DNA of 64,000 nt from Raillietiella orientalis (Eukaryota), in NCBI GenBank assembly GCA_036172245.1, contig JAYWIR010000049.1, positions 124,001-188,000 of the forward strand, given 5' to 3'. Made by a program: the position numbers and the translations under genes. Below, piece after piece: positions 34,401 to 48,849 of this stretch. The notes below the pieces were generated by a model that had not been told where the DNA came from, did no database searches, and saw only the letters and a program-made list of their open reading frames with translations. The number at the start of each line of letters is the position of its first letter. Position 1 is the first letter of the stretch.

Positions 34401-35482
34401 GGCGCTAATATGAAGAAGAAATTTGTGCGTGATGCCCAGGGTATCGAGAATCCATTCTTCTCCTGCTATTTTTCCCCCGGTGGCACCTCCTCCCAGGGAA
34501 GCGTTCCTTGTTCCTCTTCCTCCGAAGAGAACCCAAAAACACCTTCCCGATTTCTCCGAACGGCGCTCCTTGAAGAGACATCGAGCTTATAGACACTCTG
34601 GAGAGGCAAACTCCAGAGGCGAGCATCCGCCAGCTTCATGCAACAGCCCCATTATTTTTTTACCACCGGAGGGAATCCATCTCTTTGATTGCTGGAAGGA
34701 TTCCGGAGTGTCGAATTCCGATCCCGGCCAGTCCACGGAGTCACCCGGATTCCAACAGTGGCCGATTCGACGCCAAGAAGGGACAACCGGCGTCATCATG
34801 TAGGGGGGAATCGAACGCATCCTCCCGGTTCACGGCGGCCATCCTTCCGCGTGCGGAATTCGATGCGGGTACGCTCGGGGTCGCTCAAGCAGACCGTCAC
34901 CGCAGGGCCACCAGAGTGGGCCACAATCATCAATGCACAACCGAATAAATCAGAAAAACCGAATCATTATGCAATCCTGAATTTAGTACATTGCTTTCTG
35001 TCGTATCAGCAAAAAACAAAAGAAAGGGCGTTGGGCGAGAGGTATTGCACTCTCAATTCCCGCTGTCTCAACTCTGCGAAAGAGCAGTGCCTCTCTCAGA
35101 AGAACTCGGTTTAATGCCCGAACGGGCAGAGATTCCTACAGACTCATGGAAATATGGGGAGGTTCGCCGCACTGGGAGGGGAGGGGGGGTGACAAAAAAA
35201 ATCGTTATCATTCATCCATCAATTTTTTGAATTTTCCCCCTCTTTTTGATGTTTCTTGCTTGCAAGGTTTTGCTTGTGGCTCGCGTGCTCGTCCGTGTGG
35301 CTTGCGTGGACGCGCGATGGGGTTATTGGATTTTTGAAACCAATTACCAACGAGTACCGAGGAACTACTACATATATATACTACTATATATGTAAAAGTA
35401 ATGTATGTTACTAAATGCTAAATAAACTGCAGAAAACCTTCGGCTTCTTAAAAACTGAGCTCCATGTTTTCGCTTTCACCAG

Positions 35483-35915
35483 AGCAGAGAGTCAGCAGCT
35501 TCCTCATCAGCGTTCTCTTGGGAATATCTGTGCTCATGAGTCCCATCCTGAAAAGGATCCCTACTTCCGTGGTGTTTGGGATCTTCCTCTACCTTGGTGT
35601 GATCAACATGCAGGGAACTCAATTGTACGATCGCCTGAAACTTTTGCTCATCCCCATGGAGCACCACCCCAATGTTCAATACGTGCAGAAGGTAACGAAT
35701 GTCCATCACGGTCGCTCCCGCTCACTGTTCCCTTGCTCCAGATAAAAACCTGGAGGATGCACCTGTACACCTTCATTCAGCTGGCAGGCTTCGCGCTGTT
35801 GTGGATCGCCAAGTCCATCACCATTCTGGCACTCGCGCTGCCCTTGTTGCTCATCTTCCTGGTCGGGCTGAGGTTCTCGCTCGTGTACATATTCAGCAAG
35901 GAGGAGCTCGAAATA
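35483..35915 (+). CDS. SLC4-family bicarbonate/anion transporter, two C-terminal exons (35483-35691, 35742-35915); partial
   Basis: EQRVSSFLISVLLGISVLMSPILKRIPTSVVFGIFLYLGV..QLYDRLKLLLIPMEHHP / IKTWRMHLYTFIQL..PLLLIFLVGLR..FSKEELEI; 50-nt GT-AG intron. Confidence 0.88.
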
Positions 35916-38900
35916 GTAATGCGCTACTTTTCATGTTTCGCGTTCGCTTGGCATCCCGCTGGCCAGGGGCCAGAGTTCACACCTTCCTTGGTCGGTGTGC
36001 AAAGCGAGATGCCAAGTTCTGCGCCCGTTCCCACAGGCGTCCTGGCCATTTCAGGAGATGCGAAACGCCAGTGCCGTTGGCGCAGAGCCTCGCCTGCACC
36101 TTGGAGTGGTGCCCTCCCTCTCCAAGGGGCACTCCTATTGAAACACCCTTAGGGCTTAACAGTGGTTACGAGGAACACCCGAAGGGTTCCGTCCACTTGC
36201 AATTGCGTCGATAGGGTTCGGTTCAAAACCCGAGAAGGATCAAAATCCAGAATGTCGCCTCCGCGAAAGACCATATGAAGTACATAAACATGATTAGTAT
36301 TTATATAAATATATGCAATTCCATATAGACTAATAGATATTCTAAACATTGTAAAAGCATCAACTTTTGTAGACTTAAATACGTATTCGAAGGTTTCTAC
36401 AGAATAAATACACATGTTTGTTATATATATATCTGGATGAACATGTACTATGAAATTAGAGAATGTGAACACATGTGCTCAGTATGTGTACTAAAATGCA
36501 TATCTAAATATAGGTTCATATGAAAATACATTTTAAAATACATATTTTGCAAATATTGATGAACACACACGTTCTGATTAGGAGAATTATCATTTTTTAT
36601 TTGTTTGCCTATTCATTGATTTTAACTATTTTTAATGGTCACGATTATTTTTTAGTTTATACTTCCATAATCTCATATTCATTGGATAAGCAATTCTTAC
36701 AAATATATGAATGCATATTGATGCACATCAGAAACAGTTGCTTTTATTTTTACGATTTGTTGGTTCGGCATTCGGAGTTTTGATCGTTTGGCAATTCTGT
36801 CGGCCCAGGAATTTCTAGCATTTTCTAGCGGCTTCAGTGACTCATTCAGTGACCAACTAAGCGTGCCTGGTAGTAGCAGTGGAATTAAGCACAGCTTCTT
36901 AATGATTACTCTTTCCAAATTTCTATTACTTCCATTTGTTCGTTTTCCAAGAAGATGAGGTTCCCCGGTGCCCAGAGAGCATATGAAGACTCCAGGAGCC
37001 ATTGTGTCCTTGTGTACGCATGCACCAAGTACACAAGATTATGTACTTCTGCACAAGATTATGTACGAGATTCTTCTGCGTGTGTATGGTTATGAAGAGA
37101 ATGTGTGTATGCATGCATGCACGGAATAATAGCGGCACACGCAAACTCTCCACGTATATCCCGACCTCGTCTGTCGTTGTCCTAGATGGAACGCAAATGT
37201 ACACCAATGCCCACACGCACAAATGTACACTTGTATGATACTCGCGAATGGGTCCGAGCAAGTACTACTGAAAAGAACTGACATAATTCCGACAAATCCA
37301 TGTCTGGATGCTCTTTTTTTCATGCGACCAAAGTTTCCAAAGAAAAAACTTCCATTAATCTCTTTCCTCAGTCGATTGCGTGGACAAGGAGCCTCTGCAA
37401 AACGAAGGCACGTTTTGGTTTCCTATTTCTTAGATCCAGGCAGTTCCCCACCACCCTTCCCCCTCCGAAGAACTTTTGCGCCTCCTTCGGTTTCCGGAGC
37501 CGTGATCTCATGTGATTTCTGCTGGTTCAACAGAGTATGCGTTTCCATCTAACCCGGAATTCAGGGACTCCCTTGCCGCCCTACCTTCCTGTACGCGACT
37601 GAGGACTTGCTCCGGGCTCTTGACGAGCGGCGCAAGCGTGACCATCCTGCGGAGTGACTCCCTGACACTGCGCGAGAGGTCGGCGACGACAAAACAGTGA
37701 ATCTCAGATCCCGCGAACCCAAGCGCCAGCGGACGTGTGGGTGAAGCGTGGATCTTCAGATGTTTCCTGGTGCTAGGAATTTCTCTCGTGACCTTGTGGG
37801 GTGCATGGGGCGAGCAACCGGCAGAAATAGGATAAGAACGGCTCCTAGACGCTTCCTTCCGCAGTTTCTATTCGCTTGTGATTTAACGCAAGGCTGCTAG
37901 TCCAGGGAGCTTTCTAATACAAGAAGGCTGCCATTTGTCATAGTCAACTTGGATTTGCTGTTTCCAGTTCTGCATCCTCTAGGAAGGATGCAGAACTGGA
38001 GTGCCACCCCCTGGGAAGAGGTGGGGATACAGAAAGACAGATCTCTTTTTACCATCGTCGTGAAGATGGTATTAATAGTTTGCACGTTTGCTGTATAAAA
38101 ACAACACAAACAAAAGCCGAAACAAGCAAAGATGCACAAGTCTACTTGTGCAGAAGAGATAGATCTCAGACATCGGGGTGTCTACTTTTTGCACGCTGGG
38201 TCTGTTGCACGTTGAAAAGGAATTTCTATTGGTTGAGTTGCAAGCATCTTGCAGCTGTGATGCGCTCGTCAACAGGAACTGACCAAATCTGTGTTTCTAG
38301 CTGGACTCCGACGTGTAGGAGACTGCGACATGCGGACCGTTTCGGGGCACATCCAAGAGTACCTCAAGGGAAGTGAACCCAAGAATTCCAAATTGTCATT
38401 CGGTGACGTAGCGACTTTCATTTTGGATACATGAATATAACGTAGAAATAAATAAACAAACGAGTTGAGAGAGAGGGAGGTTCCTGAGAGAAAACCAAAA
38501 GAAAAGAAGTCAGGTCGAAAACACATGAAGTGTAGAAATAAAGAGGTATCGATATGTTGGTATGTGACTTCAAAGTCACACCGCCCTTTGGAGGGTCAAG
38601 AGAAAGGGACAACGCCGCATCTGCTTATGGATTGCCAGGAATCCTTCCTCTCTTCATGCTTCTTCATATCCTTGCGGAAGATTATCCCTCCTCGGCCATC
38701 TTCAGCTCAGTTCGTGAGACCGAAGATGCTCAGCAAACGCGCGTTTTGGATCGAAAGGCATAATGCCGAGCGGACTCTGTTTCTCCGCATCTCCCTTTCT
38801 ATGTGCAGCAGCTTTTCGTCTTGCGCTCTAGCGAGAAGGACTTGTCATCCCAGCGGGAATCGCAGGTCGGCTGCCTTTATCCTAACTGGACGTCCCCGGC

Positions 38901-41833
38901 AGGACAAAACGGTCATGCAGTCTTCGAATGAGTGCTTCCCTTGCTTGCTGGTCAAGAGCGGGTTCCAAACAAGTCCACGGGTTTCCTGGAGCACCCATTC
39001 AATTGGTCATCCGAGAGGGGCAGTGGCTGCGGGGATATCTGAGCGCGCGAACGCCGAGAACGGTGCTCGTCAGCAGCTAATCAAAGAGCGGTAATCGGTA
39101 AGTCACAGTTAATCATTAAAAGTTTCCTTGGAGTTCAATTCTCTCTCCTTTGTCATGGTAATTCGGAACACTGCGTAGCTGCCCCAGCGCTAGGCGGACA
39201 TGCAGACCGACTGCTTCCCACCCTAAGAGATCCAAAATTCTGAATCGAAGTTTTTCCTTCTGTGCTTTCTCTCCTTCTTCCGGTACGGCTGAATCATATT
39301 CATGCCCTCTACGTTTAATCAATGTAGAACGTCCGTTTCGTGAACGCTGATTCCTGTTGAGAAGTTCGCTTTCTTCTCGTTATTCCAGGAGAACTTCCAT
39401 CTCTGAAGGGCACTCATAGAAAGATGCGTTGCATCTGTGCGCTCCTTAGTTGAAGGGATGAATCCGCTCACGGATAGAAAATGCGCAGCTGATTTGTTCA
39501 AGTGATGAGTCCGCAACAACTGGGTGCAGCCCAGGATAATCTTCGGTTTTCGTAGCAGCGGAGTGTGAAATTGGAGCATTTTATGCGGATGATCAAGACA
39601 GTCTGACTGATTGCGCAGCACTCAGCTGAAGAATTTGCACTGACATCTCAGAAAACATGACGCAATTCCTTCAGTAAAGCAGAATCAGTGGATGGTGCAC
39701 ACAGCAACGACGGCGCACTCGAAGGATTAAGTGGTGGAGGTGCGTTGGGAATTCCTGGAACGGGCTGACAGTATTCGTAGTTTCCCAGAATGATCTGCGA
39801 TGGAAGATCACTGATAATTGCTTCAGAATTTACGCTGTACCGAATGACAATATGAGAACGAACTTTCATTTGCTATGTCCGAATTTCGTGGATGCTGCGC
39901 TTCGGGCATGAAAAATTTACTCCAGAAAAATCGAAGAAAGTTGAAATCTGTGTCCCACGCACCCATCCACATGAGCTGTGCGTTTATAAAAGGACCTCTG
40001 GAAAGTCGAGGATCCTAAACTTCTTCGCTGCGTTGCTGGCTGTGGTTCCCGTGGATACGGAAAGAGAGCTTCATAGAAGAAGCATGAGGCTTCAGTTGAA
40101 TTTTGTGTCTTCGGTTCTGTTTTTTCGGCTTCTTATTGTGTTTCCTGTTTTCCTTGTCTTAATTCGCCAAATACCTCAAAAAGCGGAGTCTGCCTGACGG
40201 CTCGCGCAGCTCATTATGAGGCTGCACGCCTTTTGCTGGGTGTGTGTAAATGTTGGAAATAGTGGGATCCCGTGGAGGAGCCACTTCCTGACTCCAGGAA
40301 GAGCGCCACTGATCAGTCCGTTTCTGCGAGGTGTTTCGAAGGATTTCTAAAAGGATGTTTTTCCTCATCTTCTCGTAATGGACTTTAAGGAAAAGCAGCA
40401 TACCATTTCCCCTCGGGATGGAAGTTTGAAAGGAACCTCTTATTGTTCCCTCCAATCAGGAGGATCACTCCACGAGCAGCGTTCACCTTCAACCGACGGA
40501 AACGCAACTCTTTAACAGGGGTATCAACCGGCGCCATGGCACGCGTTGGTAGGTTCTCTGACCATCGGTCCTAATGTTTGATTTTCGCATTTGGATGTGA
40601 ACACAGAGGAATTTCTTGATTTCCGGAGTTTGATTCCCCGAGTAAGTTCGGACAATTAATCTGGTACAGATGTCTCCTCTCGTTGGAACTTACGAGTACG
40701 TCGACCCACTTATTTGGGGTTTTCAACCAAATAGGAAACTTCATGGACGAACTATTTGTGTTGCCGTCGACCGTTCCCCGTGTGGGAATCGAAGAAGCGG
40801 CTCTTGGTGCTGAGCGCGGTGGTCTCCCTCCACACGGTCTTCGACGATGACTCACACCATTCCTTTGGAGCAAACGACACTGTGCATTCACCTTCAGCTG
40901 ACCCACATACAAAAAGGGTCAATGTTGATGGGAGTTTCAAAAGCATCAAAGAGAAAATGATCAGAAAGGACCGACCGTCTTCGTGGTTTTTGTCCGACAC
41001 CTAACACGAACCGTTGTGCAGGTCACGGTGCGGTCGCTTCCACCCTTCCGTGGTGGCGCCCGAGGTGGAATCTCTGAGGCTGATGGGAGTGGCTGACACG
41101 AGCAAATTCCCCAGCAACGTGAAGATGTCTCGTCGGCCTCCCCGTCGAACCCGTTGTAGTCACCAATGTCAGCAGTTATATCAGAAAACCCCACCGCTTC
41201 CGCTCAACTTTCACACCTTCAGACTTTACGGTTGTCCGTGCCGCTGCTGGCATGGAGGGGATGCACCAAAACAAAATTTGAACACAGCAATGCTCAATTA
41301 AATGTAAAAAACGCTTTGCAGTTCGATCACATGAGAGTGGGAGGGGACACAGTTTCGAGAAAACTTCACAGATTTCGAATCCAACTCTGTCGGTGAACGT
41401 CGGATTTGTTTTCCACCCATGCTGGCTGTAAAGGGGGGAAACGGCGAAAGTGTTGCTCAGATGGTGCGTCCATAACGTTCGCCCTCTCATCTCGAACAGG
41501 CTCGAAAACTCCATCGAACACACGGATATCTTCTGAAGCACGAAGAACGCATGACAGCTAGAGAGTACGCAGGGGGAATTCGTCTCGCTCGCTCATTCGT
41601 AAACACTAGCAAGCGTTCCAGGAAGCTCCTTGAGGTTCCTGAAAATACTTCGAGGGCTATTTTGTGGGTATAGAAAAAATAAAAGAGTACACAGTCGGGG
41701 AACAGACGAGAGTGGGGCAGATCAACGATAATGTGCTCCTGAACTTTCAGACGACTCGGAGTGTCGCAGTCCACAAGGAAAACATGGGCCACCAATAGTT
41801 CTTCCACAGAGATGGAAGCGTCCACGTTCAAGA

Positions 41834-44556
41834 TTATAACTGCGAGAAGATCAAGTTGAATCCACGGTTGTTGGCAGCGCTGGCAACAGCGTTGTCGGTA
41901 CGAATTCGCAGCATGAACGGCAGGATACGCGCTGGAAAGCATATGGGATAGAAAGCCGTGGGAGGATATTGGAACTTACTGCAAACTGGCATGGAAGGCG
42001 GCATCATGGCGGTCACTGGATGGAGAACGCCAGCGCAGAAGCGATTCTGGATGCAAGGAGCGGTTGGAAGCAATGCGTTCGCCATAGAGGCACCGCAGCT
42101 GATTTGGAGGAAGTCAGTCCTGCAGTTAACTCCAGCGCTGTTCGTCAAGGACGTGGCTGCAGCATTGTCTATTGAGAACCCCGTGTGCGCAGCCACAGGC
42201 ATAGGAATTAAACACAGCACTCTGCGTCCCATTTCCTGTCGAATGCAGATTTGGTAATCCAGATTAGTCACGAGAACGGAACCAGCAACTCCCGTCCACG
42301 CAAAAGATGTCAAAGTCCCAATGATTCCCGTGAAGAACTGCAAGCATCCATTGGGTGCTAGAAACCAAATTAAGCACAAGACTTGGAAGAGTCTCGGATG
42401 GCATACGAATTCACAAGGCACAAATATATACGTGTGGAGAATTGCTGCAACTCACCCGTGCATTCATCCACAGAGAGACCTCACCCAAATATAGGTAGAT
42501 TGCCACGTTTTAAATAACATCCCCATATGAGAAAACGAGCTCGCTTCTTACCTGCGTAGTCCCCAGTTGGAATCTGCATCAAGACCAGCGTCCACGTACG
42601 TGGAGCAGCCATAGCAGGAGGTGCGACAAGTGTGAAACTTAGCATGATGTCGCCACCCGTTTGAGGGAACTGCACGTAGACTGAAAAGAAAACATCTCTT
42701 CGAAGACAGCTCACTCGTATGCAGAGATCCCCGAAACTCGGGAAGCCCAATAGTCAGAAAGAGACGCGTCTCCGGCGGCAGATCTGCTTGCATGCCGAAG
42801 TTGCTTCCAGGCGGGCAAGCAGATGCTGCATCTGGAAGACCACGCTTCATACGAATGTCGAGGCGAATGAACTGCTTGTAATACAGCTTGACGTAGAAAA
42901 TAGTCCAAAGAAGGAAGCAATTAACGCCAGCGATGTCGGTCGTATGCGACACTCCCTCTCGAAGAGTGTAAAAACCGGCAGTGTTTTGGGATATAAACAA
43001 TCGATATATCCGAGGGATACTCACTGTGGTTGTTATTATTGGCTCCACAAATCGGTGGCAAAATCGCGCGTGGCGATCCAGCCACCGAGATTGTGAACAT
43101 ATCCATACTACATAATGCAGTTGCCATAGTTGGAGGCATAATGTTCAGGGGCGCCAAGTTGATTCTGAAAAAAAAATGCTTCATGCAAAAAGAGCTCTGC
43201 ATTCCACGCAACCACGTTCCATCTTTTCAGACTTTCGCGTACACTTTCATTCCAGAAGGGAACGTTTTCCTCATTTCGGTTTGCGGACGGAAAATAGAGA
43301 AACGCACTTAGGTGACTCTCGATAAGAGGGAGCGAGATTTTTTGACAACGGAATCGAGTGCACCTCGGCCTGAGAAACGACACTGGTTATCTCTTCCGGA
43401 ACTGCAGTTCGAGAGCAACCTACTTTCCATGGTTACTAACCTATACAGAACCGCCCTGTACGGAACGCTCTTCAGAAGAAGAGGATTTGGGTTACTCGTA
43501 TTTCTTTCCATTTATTCACTATCAGGAACTAAGCCAGAAGAACACTTACCGAAGCTGACTAACAGAGGGCCTTTGACGAGTAACCGTTAGTTGGCACTGA
43601 CCACCAGTCATGAGTATATTGCCCGATGGCATGAAGCTGGTGTTGTTCGAGTTTGTTCTTCCAGCGCACCCCAATCGCACTGAAACGCGAGAACCCCTCA
43701 TCATTCTTTTACAGGATTTCAATTCTTCCAATTTTACCCATGCAGCACACTCCAATTCCCAAAGCGCACGCTCCTACAGAGGTGCCATTCTCCCTTGTAC
43801 ACTCCCTTGCGGACAGACAGGTGCCATGGTTTCCTCCGATCTGACAGCCAGTATGTTGTATCCTGACGAGAAGCCATTGGCCCACTGAAACGACAGAAGC
43901 TGCGTGATGCAAACATACAGCTGATGCATTGACAAGGGTGAAAGCCATCTCCACGGGCAGATGGGCCGCACAGTCTTCGCAAACCAACGCGCAACACCGT
44001 AGGACCGTCCTTCTAAAAGAGAAAGATATTGAAGATGCTTTGAAGTCTTGTTACGAACAGAAAGAAAAATGATGGACGAATTGGTATATGCTTAATGGTG
44101 TGAGCACGGTAATTGCATGCACAGTATGCAGACGTTTCCAAGGGCTATGATGCCTATGACCTTAAAGAAGAGTCTACAGTTCAATCGAAGAGAACGAAGC
44201 AGATGCAAGTGAAAAGACGGCTCTCAGTGCAGTAAGCTGATCTCGGAGACCCTACGCAGGGTTCCCAGCAGTCAACTCAATCCTTCCCTCTCTACTGAAC
44301 GGCCCCTGAACACGACATCATGGGCGAACCGAATTTCCGTTGCCCATGCGTGAGGACGTCGGCCACTCATCCTTATGCTGGATGACCGTTCACATCAATG
44401 CAATACAGTCACAAAGAACAACAGCAACGCATTACTTCATTCTTTCGTTTCCGACTTACGCGATCTGCTGGTTTTCGTTTCATTTCCTGAGCCGAAGGCA
44501 GCTGCTGCTAAAGGTGCACAGAGAAGGAGTATCTTCCAGAAGTTGTTGGGGAACAT
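41834..44556 (-). CDS. Mirror copy of the 7-exon CUB-like gene
   Basis: Reverse complement of 50521-53243. Confidence 0.85.
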
Positions 44557-45249
44557 CTTTGTGGGTTTCACGATGGGGAGCAAGCAAATGACTCCGCAGT
44601 TGTTGTAGGCAAAGTATTTATAGAGACGAGTTCTGGTGGGTAAAGAAGGCGAATTACCAAATGGAACAAAAAAGGACGAATGTTCTTCCTCTGAGCTATT
44701 GCCAAGGCTCATCTTGATTGCTTAGTTTTTTTCCCTAGAACGGGAGTTTTCAAAAACATGCAATTCCTATTCGAGAACCTATAAAAGAAAAAAGTAGAAA
44801 CTGAGTATTGCTGTTGGGCGAGTCACTATTGGTGGTACAGTGTACAGCAGCCTATGACGTGGTGCCCCCTTCATATTCTTGGTGAATGAAGGAACTGTAA
44901 GACGAAAGCACTGCCGGAAAAGATAACTTGGGATTAGAAGCGTCTGAAGATGCTAAAAAATAAATGAATGTGCCTTCTGAACGTTCATAGAGTGGTTTTG
45001 AATATACGCATTTATTAGCATACATACTCTTTACACTGATAGTGGAGGAGCACGTACGTTGATGAATGTATACTGGCATAATTGGTGTCAATATAGTTCC
45101 TAACTAGTAGTCCACATGGCGGATGGAGACATAAATCAATATCACCACATGAGTTATGTTACTTACATATCTCTACAAATTCAAATCAATGCTTTATGAA
45201 ATCAATGGAAACCCTGGCGTGGCTGGACCGCTGGTCGTACCGCAATCCT

Positions 45250-45941
45250 TGTTATGTCCTTTTTTATTTGATAAACGCTCCGATGCACTCGCGAGAGAAT
45301 CGTTCCTGACGCAGCAACGCAGACGCAGCGTGTCCTGGTGCTGACCCTAGCGCAGCAGAGTGAGCAAACTGACCAGGAGAACACCTGGATTTCCTGCCAT
45401 TCCACGAACGGTAGTGCCTGCAGGAAAATCTTCGCACATTTGCCCAAAAGAAGGAAGAAGGCACGGAGTTGGGGTAGCGAATGCTGCACTTTTATTACAA
45501 CAGGCGGCAAAATGGTAGGTTCTATGCACTTGATCAAGAAGAGAGAACGGAAAGTTGAGTTGGACCATGGGCCAGTTAACTGACGTTGAGATCATACGCG
45601 CCCCACCGCAGGGACTATTGAGCGGGGAAGAGCTTCTCAGCATCCCGTTGGAAGGACTCGTGTGTTCCCCAGTACTGCAGAATACCCGGTTCCCTCCCCA
45701 GAGTAGGAGTTTCTGGTGGCGAACTGGCGACACCTCAGGAACGCTCGCCGATCTCACTGGACAAGTGGGGTAGTGGACCCAAAATCGTCAGGTGCGAGTA
45801 CAAGGATTCTCCCCCGAACCTATTTATTGAATGCGTTGCCGTCCAGCTACTGTGGTCGCGTTTTGCAGCGGCCCTAGGAGCACCTTAGAACGCTCCCACA
45901 GACGTCTACAAGCACCTGTTTGTTCTCGACGAACTTTCGCC
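45250..45941 (+). mobile_element. Degraded LINE ORF2 3' fragment, truncated at the arm end
   Basis: TWISCHSTNGSA, SWTMGQL, PPQGLL.GEELLSIP are homologous to the nest ORF2 C-terminus. Confidence 0.7.
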
Positions 45942-46569
45942 GGGAAAGCGGGTTGTTTTCCTTTTCAGACCTCCCGGTTGAGGGTCCGCAGTGCACCAGA
46001 GCGAAGTGCTGCCGACCACGATGTGCAACCGGCTGTGGCTTCGAGACTGGCCACCTGGGGAGAACCCTCGGCACGAGTAGGTTACGCACGTCACATCTTC
46101 GAAGGAGATGGACACCAGGACTCTGCCGTTTCCTATTCGCGCGCGCTTCCTGCGGACCGTTTTGCGTCGTTCGAGCGGTCAGATATTCCTGCAGCCACTG
46201 CCCCTCTCGGAAGACCAAAGGATTAGGTGCTCCAAGGGACGCGTGGACTTATTTGGTACCCGCTTTGCTCCAGAAACCAAGGCAAACACTCTTTTGACGA
46301 CAGCGCGATCGTGTTTCCCTGCCGGGGACGTCCTCTGAGGAAGATGTCAGCCGTCCATTAGAGCTTTGTGACCCATTGTAGGGTTCTCTGTATTTACGAT
46401 GACGCTGGGGATTCCTTTTGTTTTCAGTTTCTTTTGTTCACAACCAAAGCCAAATACCGAAGCACAACATAAAAATAGGAGAATGGAAAGAAAAAGAAGC
46501 ATTAGTGGTAATCGATCCGTGGATCGCTTATTAAAATCGGACACTCACGAAAATCCGCCAATAGATCTT

Positions 46570-47723
46570 ACACGACGACGTGTAAATCCTACTGATAGCG
46601 ACGATAATTTGAGTGAGGAATCGTGAAGAGATGACGAAAGTTTGAAATAACAAGAAATATCTTGGCAACCAGTATCTTATCCGAAAAAGAGCCTTCATCG
46701 TCCTCGGAAAGGAAACTGTCCCTTAGATCCCGAAGCACCCCAATCCGCTACGGCCTATTTGCGATAACTATCTCATGACGAAATCAGAAGTAATACGGTC
46801 GAGTGTACCCATACTTATGCCCTGCAACGCTCGTGATCCTGCGAAATCCACAGCTGTTTCATATTATGGAGTACAAGGACTGTTTGGTTTTGCATTCTGA
46901 TGTCAGTTTAAGGGTTACCAAGGTCTCGGATGTGTTGGAGATCAGAGGAGAGAGATCAGCCGTTGAGAATACGGTGAGTCGTGCTCGATTCGAAAAAATT
47001 GAATCCAAAATACATTTTAGCACAAATTAGGAGGCTAATACGAATGATTCAGAGGGAATGGACAAAGCACAAGAAATGGGACCTATTTTCGACAAATTGG
47101 TTCGAAACTTCAGTCCTATTTCGATGGATGAGCACCTGTGTGTTGATGAACAAATACTACCATTGAAAGGTAAACGTAGGTTTGGTGCAGAAGAAAACTA
47201 CGAAATGGGGCTACAAAGCGCTTTTATTGTGCTAATCGCCTGGAATCATTTACAATTTCAAAATTTACACCGGCAAAGTGTTACATGATCAGCACTTATC
47301 CGATGTAAGAAATAGTGGAAATGTAGTGATACGATGATGAAGAATCGACGCAGGCAATTGCTTCACAAAGAGTACTCCCACGATTAGTTTTCAGGCATAC
47401 TCCCTGCAGGTCGAATTAGAAAAAAAGGGGAATTTTAGGGTCTTGGTCAAACCAAGGCTAAAAACTTGAGAGTTTTCTTCAGGTAAAGCCATGAAAAAAA
47501 AAGGCAGAGGAAGTAACGGACAACTCGCAACGTCCATAAGTTGCATGGTTGTAAATGGAATTAACTCAATTAACGCCAAGCACGAGCTGTTTTATGCAGT
47601 TGCATACTCGAGATTTCATGCGTACAACAGCAAACGTTGGAATCCCAAATGCACGAAGCATATTCGGCATAAATAAATCGTTAAAACCGCTGTGTTCATC
47701 ATTATTTTGTATTTAAAGGTTAA
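46570..47723 (+). mobile_element. piggyBac-like transposase remnant; left end not identified
   Basis: SRARFEKIESKIHF, LCVDEQILPLKG, KKTTKWGYK, GIIYNFKIYTGK, MKKKGRGS; candidate right end aaagg|TTAA at 47720-47723. Confidence 0.8.
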
Positions 47724-47879
47724 TGGCTGTAGATTCCACAGCACGTAAATTTTTTTATAGAGCCAAACCAATTGTGACTATAGAGAGTTCAAAGAGTCGC
47801 AGGCGCTGCATACTTGGCGAGCCGCGCCAGCCTATAACATATATAAATGCAACCCTTCAACGCCTCCGAACACAAGGAA

Positions 47880-48712
47880 CGCACTTCCGCACTTCGTGAG
47901 CCCTCCCAACGGCTTCCACGAACAGTTGGCGTGCGCCAAAGCAGAGCTCGGATCACCGTTTGTCGCATCACCTCGCCGGGAGCTCCTTCCGAGCACTCTT
48001 CTGTGCCCGGTGGAAGTTCCTGAAACCAGCGGCGCCACAACGCTTACGTTAGGGGCGCCCAGTTCAAAACGCACGCACCACGACGGATTGAGGTCTCGGC
48101 TACTGACTCTGGAGCCCCTGGAGCAGCAGCCCCAGCGAACGGCACTGGCCCTAGTGGCGAAGTTGTGGAGCGCCAACTGGTGCGAGCTCGCACGGTACCT
48201 GATCAAGCGAGCCATCGGCTACGCGGAACTGTCTTGGTTCCTGTCGTGGCGCCGCCACATCTGCCAACGTGGATTGCAGGTTCGGCGGGTGACAACGCTG
48301 ACGAGCAAGAAAACGGGACGGATCTCTTGCCGCCCCGAGAACGGTAGTGCCTGGCTACAGGAAACTGTTCCCATGTGGATGGGGAGCCAGGACAAATGCA
48401 CGGAACAGGTACGGCCGTTTCCCGTTCGCGCGCAAGAAGCGATGCGGGCTTCGAGGTATCCTGGTGGATCCCGGGGAAAAAGAGTGGGCTGGAAGAACTT
48501 TCCTCGCCGCAGCGTGGCTTCCCCTCAGGGAGCAGCTGAACAGCCGCATCACAGCTAAATAGGAAGTTGAGGTGACTAGCTCCGGAAGGGAGAAAAGGCT
48601 GGGCGAGTGGAAGACGGGTTTGCTCACCATCGCTGCGACACCGAGTACTCCACCCAATAGACTCTTGCGTTGTGGAGAGCTACTGAATGTCCCGGTAGAA
48701 CACCTGAAGTGG
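47880..48712 (+). mobile_element. Degraded LINE ORF2 fragment (A-like)
   Basis: LLTLE, ISCRPENGSAWLQETV, GREKRLGEWKTG, TPSTPPNRLLRCGELLNVPVEHLKW. Confidence 0.8.
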
Positions 48713-48849
48713 ACTTTGTGCGCCAGAGTTCGTCGTGGCGCTCATTTTAAGAAACAAACGAGCATGCGTAGGGACATGAGCCCTACAGCGTTCGAAAGAG
48801 TTCGCAACTTGTTGAGTCTACGGCAGGCAGGCCGGCGAGGGTCGACTCG

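Larger units (their letters stand above)
32329..45941 (+). repeat. Left arm of a large inverted repeat
   Basis: Reverse complement of 49136-64000; ORF track mirrored with coordinate sum 95077; near-identical inward of ~34900, diverged outward. Confidence 0.97.

Noticed and set aside
36150..41800. Short ORFs in the arm (mirrored at 53280-58930)
   Set aside because: No recognisable domains or consistent exon chain; identity between arms reflects duplication, not conservation
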